From contig JAHYJE010000010.1 of assembly GCA_019429105.1 (NCBI GenBank), positions 2,172 to 66,171 of the forward strand: DNA of 64,000 bases. Reading direction: 5' to 3'. Positions within the stretch are counted from its first letter, which is position 1. The number at the start of each line of letters is the position of its first letter. Source of the stretch: Syntrophobacterales bacterium. GTDB taxonomy: Bacteria; Desulfobacterota; Syntrophia; Syntrophales; UBA5619. Of this stretch, positions 41,142 to 48,553 are shown in pieces. Made by a program: the position numbers and the translations under genes. A model generated the notes under the pieces. It saw nothing but the letters and a program-made list of their open reading frames with translations, was not told the origin of the DNA and searched no databases.

Positions 41142-41463
41142 TAGACCCCTTCATCCCCGGCGGATCGCCCCGGCCCCGGCTGCGGCGCCTTATGTTTCGC
41201 ATTCTCTGGAGGTCCTGATTGCGCCTTGCCTTATCAGGATGTTTCTTCCGATATGCTTTCCAGTAATCGGGATGAACCCTGTACCAGTCCTGCCAGCATC
41301 TCTTCTGGTTGGCCAGGTAATCCGGATCGCCGCGAATCTTCTCCCTTTGCCACGCCGCCTTCCGAGCGCGCTGACAAACCAATTTTCCACAATACCGGGG
41401 ATGCTTCTGCCGAGGATCGGGAATAAAATACCCCCCGCAATGACAACATGACACCTCTTCCAT
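40999..41463 (-). CDS. Cys-rich basic hypothetical ORF; the C-terminal third is encoded by the 20-bp repeats and may not be genuine coding sequence
   Basis: 154-aa ORF. The N-terminus is CCHCGGYFIPDPRQKHPRYCGKLVCQRARKAAW (zinc-ribbon-like), followed by a W/R/K-rich region. After residue ~107 the translation (MIAKMDA...VIAKMDA) simply reads through the repeats. Confidence 0.4.
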   Translation of the reverse strand: MEEVSCCHCGGYFIPDPRQKHPRYCGKLVCQRARKAAWQREKIRGDPDYLANQKRCWQDWYRVHPDYWKAYRKKHPDKARRNQDLQRMRNIRRRSRGRGDPPGMKGSMIAKMDASEHLGTPSRTTFSGQFWLVPVIAKMDALKVNIYGIPTSCE

Positions 41464-41674
41464 AATTCCACCGCCATCATTCTGGATGGCTGCTGTATAT
41501 GCCCGGAATTAAAAGAATGAAATGGAATGAGAAGAATGATATGGTCTTTAGAAAGCTCAGAATGAAATGAGTGGACCTAAATGATCGGTGATGACGGTAT
41601 CAATTTACTCCGGTGATTCTGGTAGGAAATTACGCCGGCGATGATACTTGGCATAAAATAAGCGGGGGAACGAT

Positions 41675-42535
41675 ATGCTTCATATAGAAAAAAGGCTTTC
41701 TTTGGCAGTTGTGGCGCTTCTGATCATGAGTGGCTGTGTCGGAAAAAGCGAATATCTCAAAAAACAGGCTGAGGCCGACGACCTTAAAAGGGATATCGCC
41801 ACAGTTACAGCAAAAAACAGGCAGCTCCAGTTGGAAGTGGAAAATTTAATCAAGGGAAAAAAATCTTTGCTTGCCGCAGAGAAAAGCTTGCAGGCCAAGC
41901 ATGAAAAACTTGCGGCTGACAGAAAAAATCTCGAAACCAGTTCGGAGGGGTTCAAAAAAGAGGCAACCATTGCTATAGAGCGCCTGCGCGAACAAAACGC
42001 CGAGCTTCTCGGAGACAAGCAGATGCTCAACGAGAGCATTGCCCTGCTTAGAAAAACCAAGGAACAGGAAGTAAAAAAGGTAAGCGGGACGTACGAGAAC
42101 CTGCTCGAAAAAATGGATAATGAGATCAAGCAGGGACAGATTGCCATAACCGAACTCAAGGGGAAGCTGACGGTGGATGTTGTGGACAAGATTCTCTTCG
42201 ACTCCGGGAAGGCGGAAATAAAGCCCGAGGGGCTGGAGGTGCTGGGCCGCGTGGTCGATATACTGACGACGGAAGCGGACAAGGCGATCCGCGTCGAGGG
42301 ACACACCGACAATGTTCCGATCAAGGGCAATCTCGCAAAGCAGTACCCGACGAACTGGGAGTTGTCCGCGGCGCGCGCGCTCACGGTAGTGAGGTATCTT
42401 GAAACCCAGGGGCTCGACCCTCATAAGCTCGCAGCGGTTGCGTTTGGTGAGCACCGACCTGTTGCGGAAAACGACACCCCGGCAGGCCGGGCCAGAAACC
42501 GGCGAATCGCCATTGTTTTACAGCCGGAGGAATGA
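41675..42535 (+). CDS. OmpA/MotB-family peptidoglycan-binding lipoprotein with a coiled-coil N-terminal region
   Basis: 286 aa. Lipobox LIMSGC and a long heptad-like region. The C-terminal OmpA-like domain reads IRVEGHTDNVPI...NWELSAARALTVVRYL...NRRIAIVL. Confidence 0.88.
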   Translation: MLHIEKRLSLAVVALLIMSGCVGKSEYLKKQAEADDLKRDIATVTAKNRQLQLEVENLIKGKKSLLAAEKSLQAKHEKLAADRKNLETSSEGFKKEATIAIERLREQNAELLGDKQMLNESIALLRKTKEQEVKKVSGTYENLLEKMDNEIKQGQIAITELKGKLTVDVVDKILFDSGKAEIKPEGLEVLGRVVDILTTEADKAIRVEGHTDNVPIKGNLAKQYPTNWELSAARALTVVRYLETQGLDPHKLAAVAFGEHRPVAENDTPAGRARNRRIAIVLQPEE

Positions 42536-42550
42536 CAGGGCCTGAAAAAT

Positions 42551-43585
42551 ATGACAGCAAAACCTAACATCAGGGATTTGTCCCTTGAAGAGATAGAAGC
42601 CCTGATTGTCGGGTTGGGAAAGGAGAAGTACCGGGCCCGCCAGATCATGAAATGGCTTTACAACGGCGGGGCAGCCTCTTTTGCAGAAATGACCACCCTC
42701 TCGCAGGAGTTTCGCTCCCGTCTGGCCGAACTGGCCCATCTTTCCGAACCGGCAATAGAAAGGCTCCAGGCGTCTGAGGATGGAACAAAGAAGGTCCTCT
42801 TCCGGCTGTCCGATGATTTTTTCATCGAAAGCGTCCTCATACCCGGACGCAACCACTGGACCGCCTGCATCTCAACACAGGCAGGCTGCGCCATGGGCTG
42901 CCGCTTCTGTCTTACTGGCAGCCTGGGGTTCAAGCGCGACCTGAAACCCTCCGAGATTACCGGCCAGATGACCATGCTGCGGCGCAATCTGCCGGAAGGA
43001 CCAAATATCAAGAATATCGTCCTGATGGGAATGGGAGAACCGCTGGCTAACTATGACAACGTCTTGAAGGCGATCAAAATCCTGATTTCCGATTACGGGC
43101 TCGGCTTTTCCAGCCGCAAGATAACCGTCTCCACCTCCGGCCTCGCCCCGCTGATCAAACGTCTGGGCCGGGACATCTGCGTCAATCTCGCCATTTCCCT
43201 GAACGCCCCGGACAACCGCAAAAGGGACGAATTGATGCCGATCAACCGCAAATATCCCCTGCCGGAACTCCTTGCCGCCTGCCGGGAGTACCCGATGCCG
43301 GGAAGGCGAATGCTGACCTTCGAATACATTCTGCTTGCGGGCGTCAATGATTCGGTTGAGGATGCCAAAAAGCTCGTTCGCCTCCTCCGGGGGCTGCACT
43401 GCAAATTAAACCTGATCGCCTTCAACGAGTTCCCCGGCTCCGCCTATCATACTCCCACACCCGCGGCAGTTTCGACCTTTCAGCAGATTCTGCTTGATCA
43501 CCATTACACGGCAATCCTGCGCGCCAGTCACGGACGGGATATTCTCGCCGCCTGCGGTCAGTTGAGCGGGCAAGCCTCCCCCTAA
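42551..43585 (+). CDS. rlmN: 23S rRNA/tRNA (adenine-C2)-methyltransferase RlmN (radical SAM)
   Basis: 344 aa. YRARQIMKWLY, the CAMGCRFCLTG radical SAM motif, and GMGEPLANYDNV. Confidence 0.95.
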   Translation: MTAKPNIRDLSLEEIEALIVGLGKEKYRARQIMKWLYNGGAASFAEMTTLSQEFRSRLAELAHLSEPAIERLQASEDGTKKVLFRLSDDFFIESVLIPGRNHWTACISTQAGCAMGCRFCLTGSLGFKRDLKPSEITGQMTMLRRNLPEGPNIKNIVLMGMGEPLANYDNVLKAIKILISDYGLGFSSRKITVSTSGLAPLIKRLGRDICVNLAISLNAPDNRKRDELMPINRKYPLPELLAACREYPMPGRRMLTFEYILLAGVNDSVEDAKKLVRLLRGLHCKLNLIAFNEFPGSAYHTPTPAAVSTFQQILLDHHYTAILRASHGRDILAACGQLSGQASP

Positions 43586-43765
43586 GGGCCTGTCCACAAT
43601 TAACCCGGGCAAGATTGCCCTCAGATTTGGGTTGGATTTGGTTGCGGCGATTGAACAAAACCGCAGACGTAGCAGCGCTACGTTGAGGATTTTGTGATTG
43701 AGCCACAGCCAAAGACGGCCCAAAGATGAGATGCAAGATGTTCAGGCTATTTGTGGACAGGCCCT
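43585..43765. repeat. 181-bp element bounded by perfect 15-bp inverted repeats, between convergent rlmN and bamD
   Basis: agggcctgtccacaa at 43585..43599 and ttgtggacaggccct at 43751..43765; the arms abut or overlap both stop codons. Internal hairpins include gggcaagattgccc and acgtagcagcgctacgt. Confidence 0.85.
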
Positions 43766-44468
43766 AAAACAACCACCAGCTTTTTTTCTTCTCCGGGGCG
43801 TTGAGATGGTTTTTCGCTTCGGTTATCAGACGATTGACCTTTTTATCATCAAGCCCAATATTGGCGTAGTCGCGCGCGACCTTTTCGAGACGTCGCAGCG
43901 AGGCCGCGTATTTCTTTGTTTTGAAATAGAACTCACCGATATATAACTCTTTTTCTCCCATGCTCTTTCGGCACTCCAGAATCTTCTTCCCGGCCAGCAC
44001 AGAGAATTTGCTTTCGGGGAAACGCGCCGTCAGCCTTTCAAACTCCTTGATCGCCTTGAAAGCCTCGGAGTTGTCGCGATCTATCGTTGTCAGTTGATTC
44101 AGATAGCACATCCCGGTCTGGTACATGGCATAAGGCAGATTTTCGTTTGTCGGATGCAGATCAACGAATTCTTTATAGGCAAGCGCCGCCTCCGGATATT
44201 CCTTGCTGCTGAAAAAGGAATCGGCAACCCCCATCTCCGCCATAATGGCCAGCGGGCTGAGCGGATACTCCTCTTTGACCCGCTGAAAGAGTTCGATGGA
44301 ACGCTTGTAGCTGCCGGCATTGTACTCTTCCAAACCCTGTTGATAAATGCTCTCGGGATTCGCCCGGGGCATTCCGGTTCTGCTTTGCCAGGGCAGCCAC
44401 ATTTTACAGCCGGCCAGCAAAAAAACCGCAATCAGGAGCGCCGCAAAAACTTTCTTATCATGAACCAT
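43764..44468 (-). CDS. bamD: Outer membrane protein assembly factor BamD (TPR lipoprotein)
   Basis: The start is set at ATG 44468 (MVHDKKVFAALLIAVFLLAGC, with a lipobox). TPR-like repeats include YQQGLEEYNAGSYKRSIELFQRV and YIGEFYFKTKKYAASLRR. Confidence 0.85.
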   Translation of the reverse strand: MVHDKKVFAALLIAVFLLAGCKMWLPWQSRTGMPRANPESIYQQGLEEYNAGSYKRSIELFQRVKEEYPLSPLAIMAEMGVADSFFSSKEYPEAALAYKEFVDLHPTNENLPYAMYQTGMCYLNQLTTIDRDNSEAFKAIKEFERLTARFPESKFSVLAGKKILECRKSMGEKELYIGEFYFKTKKYAASLRRLEKVARDYANIGLDDKKVNRLITEAKNHLNAPEKKKSWWLF

Positions 44469-44672
44469 CTCAACTTTTCCTTTCCCGAAGGGCTTATTCT
44501 TAATAATCCAACAGCTGTACCTTTTATAACCGCGCGAATGGGGGCGACTATTGCACAAAGAACGGGGATATGTCAATCAAGATTGACGTTCATCATTCAG
44601 CGAAAAGACGATTTTGACAGAAGTCCGGCAAGCTGGTATAAACCCCCTCGACGATCTCAGGAAAGGATAACC

Positions 44673-45386
44673 ATGAAAACTCTCGGCATCATCTCTGGAA
44701 CGGTTCTGCTCAACGGCCAAGGAATATTTTCCGACCTTCGCGAAGAAGCCGTGGAAACAAAATTCGGTCGAGCGGTGGTCTTTCATTCGGCGAGAGTGTT
44801 GTTAATCGCCCGTCATGGCAGCGACCCTGACTCTCATATTCTGCCACATCTGATCAACCACCCGGCCAACCTTGCCGCTTTGAAAAAGCTTGGGGCAACT
44901 GAGGTTATCGGCGTAAACTCAACCGGCACCCTGAAACTCCGTATAAAACCGGGGACTTTCGTTATTCCTGACGATTACATCCAGCTCGGCGCTGGCATAA
45001 CCGCGGTCCAAGGAGAACCTGTTCATATCACACCGCGCCTGAATCAGGAAGTTCGACAGAAATTGCACCAGGCGGCCCATGAATGCGCCATAAATCCTGT
45101 TGACGGCGGAATATACTGGCAATCCGCCGGTCCTCGCCTGGAAACACGGGCAGAAATAGCGATGATCTCGCAATTCGCCGACATCATCGGGATGACAATG
45201 GCAAGCGAGGCAATTATCGCTCAAGAGCTGAATATCAGTTACGCATCTCTGTGCTCGGTTGACAACTACGCCCATGGCATCGGGAAACGCGAATTGACGC
45301 TCCAGCAGATCCTTCAGCACGCCCGTCTCAACACCGAGGCGATCCACCGCATACTGAACTGCTATGTAGAGCAGAATAGTCGGTGA
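44673..45386 (+). CDS. MTAP-family purine nucleoside / methylthioadenosine phosphorylase-like protein
   Basis: The ATG at 44673 follows GAAAGGA (the ORF-track extension from 44094 is antisense to bamD). LGIISGTVL, ARHG, VIGVNSTGTL, GPRLETRAEI and IIGMTMASEA match the PNP/MTAP fold motifs. Confidence 0.75.
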   Translation: MKTLGIISGTVLLNGQGIFSDLREEAVETKFGRAVVFHSARVLLIARHGSDPDSHILPHLINHPANLAALKKLGATEVIGVNSTGTLKLRIKPGTFVIPDDYIQLGAGITAVQGEPVHITPRLNQEVRQKLHQAAHECAINPVDGGIYWQSAGPRLETRAEIAMISQFADIIGMTMASEAIIAQELNISYASLCSVDNYAHGIGKRELTLQQILQHARLNTEAIHRILNCYVEQNSR

Positions 45387-45464
45387 AACCTTTGAAAAAT
45401 GCCGCGTTTTTCATGTCGAGGACAGCGTTGCAAGCCCGTTTATCCTCGAAAATGGTAAGTGGGA

Positions 45465-45911
45465 TCAGAAAGCGCCGAGTTGACAAGGCTTGATGCGAAT
45501 TTTCAGATTCTCGCAGGCCTCGGAAACCGCCATTTTCGACAGCCCTTTTTCAGCAGCTATCTCCCAGGCTGACTTGCAGGAAAGTTTTTCTTCAACAAGC
45601 CGGGCGCGAATGGCGGCTTCAATATCCGGCGCAACCATCTTCGCCGGCCCAACCGTTTTTCCTCCGGGAAATTTTTCTTTGGGAAAGCCGAAAAGTCCAA
45701 GCTGACAGTTCTTTATCCTGATCTCCAAGAGATCAACAGCGACGCCAACCTCGCTCAGCGTAACCCCGAGTTTCGCGCTGATCACCTCGGCCTGCGCGCA
45801 GGCAATCTTCCCCTCAACGCTATTTTCCCGTATCGCCGCAGCCAGTTTCTCCTCAACAACTGTTCCCGAAGCATGTTTCGCCGCGTATCCCCCTGCATCC
45901 TTATGTGTCAT
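45465..45911 (-). CDS. Hypothetical protein made of two tandem ~60-aa repeats, each ending C-Q-L-G-x-F
   Basis: The ATG at 45911 has RBS AAGGAG. Repeat 1 is IACAQAEVISAKLGVTLSEVGVAVDLLEIRIKNCQLGLF. Repeat 2 is LSCKSAWEIAAEKGLSKMAVSEACENLKIRIKPCQLGAF. Confidence 0.65.
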   Translation of the reverse strand: MTHKDAGGYAAKHASGTVVEEKLAAAIRENSVEGKIACAQAEVISAKLGVTLSEVGVAVDLLEIRIKNCQLGLFGFPKEKFPGGKTVGPAKMVAPDIEAAIRARLVEEKLSCKSAWEIAAEKGLSKMAVSEACENLKIRIKPCQLGAF

Positions 45912-46191
45912 TGCCAGCTCCTTTCTGAACATTGAACTTCGTTTTCCCTGTCATCCGGATAAATCGTTTTATACCCCTGCTCCCGGGCAAGTCGCTTTCT
46001 GCCTTGATATTGGCGATCATTCTACAATGGCAACTCTGTTTTATCAAGACAAACATCTTTTGCTTTCTTCGGCACCTTGAAGAAATATAGAAATATATGT
46101 TGACATTTCCGCGATGCTTCCGTTAGTTTGGCCGCCGTTCCAAGCTTAAGAAGGCCGGTCGTTTCGCACCTGGCGGCGACTTTTATAGGGA

Positions 46192-46344
46192 GAGGTAATT
46201 GCGAAACTCCGTGTCATGCCCGAGTGCTTTTGTCGGGCATCCATGATTTCAAATAGTTAAAAAATGGATTATGAACATTAAACTTCGTTTTCCCGCCCAG
46301 AAGCGTTGCGGGAATGACAGCGTTGGGAGTTTTGCAATTGGCTC
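46192..46344. repeat. MITE-like hairpin repeat bounded by terminal inverted repeats, copy B (153 bp, diverged)
   Basis: Ends are gaggtaattgcgaaact and agttttgcaattggctc. The interior has the hairpins catgcccgagtgcttttgtcgggcatc and ttcccgcccagaagcgttgcgggaa. It also carries the module tgaacattaaacttcgttttcccgc in inverted orientation relative to copy A. Confidence 0.8.
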
Positions 46345-46360
46345 GGGAGAAAAAAATTAT

Positions 46361-47134
46361 ATGTCCGAAAACCAAGTGCTGATCAGCCGGGAAAATGGCT
46401 TAGCGACAATAACCATCAATCGGCCCGCGGTGATGAATGCTCTGACCGCCGAAACCATGTCCACGCTGTTAGCCGCTTTCGCAGAGGTTGGAGCAGATCC
46501 GGACATCCGTGTCGTGTTGCTCCAGGGTGCCGGCGGAAATTTTACGACGGGGGCGGATATGTCTCTGCTGGGCGCCTCCGCCGATCCCGCGCAGTCATTT
46601 CAGTTTATGAAAAACACGGCAGGAGGACTTATCCTTGCCATCAAAAGAATTCCCCAGCCCGTTATCTGCAAGGTAAGGGGGAATGTTTACGGCTACGGCT
46701 GCGGGCTGGCGCTGGCGGGCGATTTTGTCGTTGCCGCAGATGAGGCAAGATTCTGCGAGGCGTTCGTCAATCTGGGCATATCCTTAGATGGCGGAGCTTC
46801 CTATTTCCTCCCCCATCTGGTCGGGATGGCCAAGGCCAAGGAACTGGCCCTTCTCGGAGATGTAATCAGCGGTAAAGAGGCTGCCGCCCTCGGGCTTATC
46901 TACAAATCCGTGCCGGATTCCGAACTCGACACAGAAACAAAGCTGCTGATTGACAGACTCGCCTCAAAATCAGCGAAGGCCATGAGCTCCATCAAGGAAA
47001 CGCTGGAAAAGGGCTGTGATACCGACCTTGCTTCGGCCCTCGCCTTGGAGGCTTATCATCAGTCAACCCTGCTTGCCGGAGAAGAATTGCAAGCAGCGAT
47101 CAGCTTGTTTCTGGAATCACGTAAAAAAGGCTGA
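46361..47134 (+). CDS. Enoyl-CoA hydratase/isomerase family protein
   Basis: ATG 46361 (MSENQVLISRENGLATITINRPAVMNAL). The ORF-track start at 46271 lies inside the repeat element. LQGAGGNFTTGADM is the crotonase signature. Confidence 0.88.
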   Translation: MSENQVLISRENGLATITINRPAVMNALTAETMSTLLAAFAEVGADPDIRVVLLQGAGGNFTTGADMSLLGASADPAQSFQFMKNTAGGLILAIKRIPQPVICKVRGNVYGYGCGLALAGDFVVAADEARFCEAFVNLGISLDGGASYFLPHLVGMAKAKELALLGDVISGKEAAALGLIYKSVPDSELDTETKLLIDRLASKSAKAMSSIKETLEKGCDTDLASALALEAYHQSTLLAGEELQAAISLFLESRKKG

Positions 47135-47146
47135 AAGCTGCCCTTT

Positions 47147-48508
47147 TCATAGTCTCTGCGCCAGATAGATAAAAACCGGCAAAGGGGAGCTTCTTTTTAT
47201 CTCTACAAACTCATTGATTATTTTTCTTCTCTGTGCCCTTCCGAAAAGCGGGGAAAGAAAAGCCGTGCCCCGATCTCGGGCCGTCGTCTCTGCGGAGAGC
47301 ATTTTTTTTATTCCTTCCTTGTGAGCTTGCGGCAGCTCGCCTCCCAAAACAAAATTGCAACTGACCGTGACCCTCTGCCAGCCCCTGTTTACCGCCATCA
47401 TTTTCCGAAAGGCCTCCTTCGTTTTTTCGGCGGTAAGCGGCTTTCCCAAAATTGACAGCGTTTCCTGATCAAACGACTCCAGCCCGATATTGAGAAACGT
47501 CCGGAAGGGCAAATTGTCGAGTGCGTCGAACAGGGAGCTTTTCGCCTTCAGAAAGGGATCAACGCTGCCGAAGAAAAAAAGATTGGCGGGCCCCTTGTGA
47601 AAGGATGAGGCAAGATTCAACCCTTCATAGGCCAGGCTTGCCGCGGTGATCAGGATTTCTTCCCCTCCCGCGAGCGCGTCGTTTTGCCCCAGAAGGATTG
47701 AATTATAATTTATCAGGTCCTCTCCATAGAAATCTTTCAAAGAGCTTATCTGCTGACGGATATTTTCCCTGTTGCGCACCTGCAGGGAATCATGCGCCGT
47801 GAATGTGCAAAACCGGCAGTTATAGTCGCAACCATCGGTAACAATAAGAGGAATAACCTCATAATCGACATCGATCGTATCCGGGGGAAGCACCGGCAGA
47901 TTTGTTCCCATGATGCGGTACAGGAGCTCAGCCTCGACGGCCAGTCCCTCCCGATCGCAGGCGGCAACCTTGAGCAAGAAATCACGGGCCCGCCCGCCAG
48001 CCGCCGTCCCGGAAAGCCTGCCCGCCTCTTTGGCAAGTTCGCAAACAGACCGCAAAGCCTGCTTTACATGGCCTGCTTTCAGTGGATTAACCGGAAAAAG
48101 ATCAAAATTATAGACGCCGTTGTAGGGTATATAGAAGTTCTTGATGAGATCATAATCGGCGTAGTCTTCAACGCCATAATAAATCAGTCCGTTTTTGTCG
48201 GTTCGCTTCAACATCTCCTGGGCGTCGGGCCAGACGCCATGCCCGCCCGTGATCCATTTCCACCCCCCGCGCAGATTGAAATCAAAACGATATCCGCGCC
48301 ATTTGATCTTGACGGGTATGCCGTACCAGACGGGAAAGCTGAACTTGCCCCAGTCATCCCTCCCGGCGCAGTCAAACAATATCTCCACATCCTCAATCTG
48401 ATAACGTTCCACTGAAAAACTCAACCTCCCTTCCCCGCCGCTTTTAGACCCGCTTCCGAAAACTTTCAAGAAGATAAAAATATCCCTTGACAAGAAAAAG
48501 CAGCCCAC
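47147..48508 (-). CDS. Radical SAM protein with an uncharacterised ~200-aa N-terminal domain (start uncertain)
   Basis: The CX3CX2C motif DGCDYNCRFCTF lies mid-protein, with the TIM-barrel-like remainder downstream. The N-terminal region (WYGIPVKIKWRGYRFDFNLRGGWKW...) is not recognised. Confidence 0.75.
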   Translation of the reverse strand: MGCFFLSRDIFIFLKVFGSGSKSGGEGRLSFSVERYQIEDVEILFDCAGRDDWGKFSFPVWYGIPVKIKWRGYRFDFNLRGGWKWITGGHGVWPDAQEMLKRTDKNGLIYYGVEDYADYDLIKNFYIPYNGVYNFDLFPVNPLKAGHVKQALRSVCELAKEAGRLSGTAAGGRARDFLLKVAACDREGLAVEAELLYRIMGTNLPVLPPDTIDVDYEVIPLIVTDGCDYNCRFCTFTAHDSLQVRNRENIRQQISSLKDFYGEDLINYNSILLGQNDALAGGEEILITAASLAYEGLNLASSFHKGPANLFFFGSVDPFLKAKSSLFDALDNLPFRTFLNIGLESFDQETLSILGKPLTAEKTKEAFRKMMAVNRGWQRVTVSCNFVLGGELPQAHKEGIKKMLSAETTARDRGTAFLSPLFGRAQRRKIINEFVEIKRSSPLPVFIYLAQRL

Positions 48509-48553
48509 CTATACCCCAGGCCAAAGAAAACAAACCATTATCAAGGAGTTAAC

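Larger units (their letters stand above)
38100..41653 (-). mobile_element. IS21-family insertion sequence; outermost plausible limits given, inner alternative is 38157..41141
   Basis: istA and istB are present. Outer ends: TGGCAT... at 38100 and ...TTGGCA at 41653, with two ATCACCGG-containing repeats at the istB end and three at the istA end (the asymmetry typical of IS21). Inner alternative: three 20-bp direct repeats TGATTGCAAAAA(T/A)GGAC(G/T)CG at 40982..41141, and TGATTGAGTGGGATGCAC at 38157. No clean target-site duplication was found. Confidence 0.7.

Noticed and set aside
44094-44672. N-terminal ~190-residue extension of plus-strand ORF 44094..45386
   Set aside because: It is antisense to bamD. 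The MTAP-like homology starts at ATG 44673, which has its own RBS.
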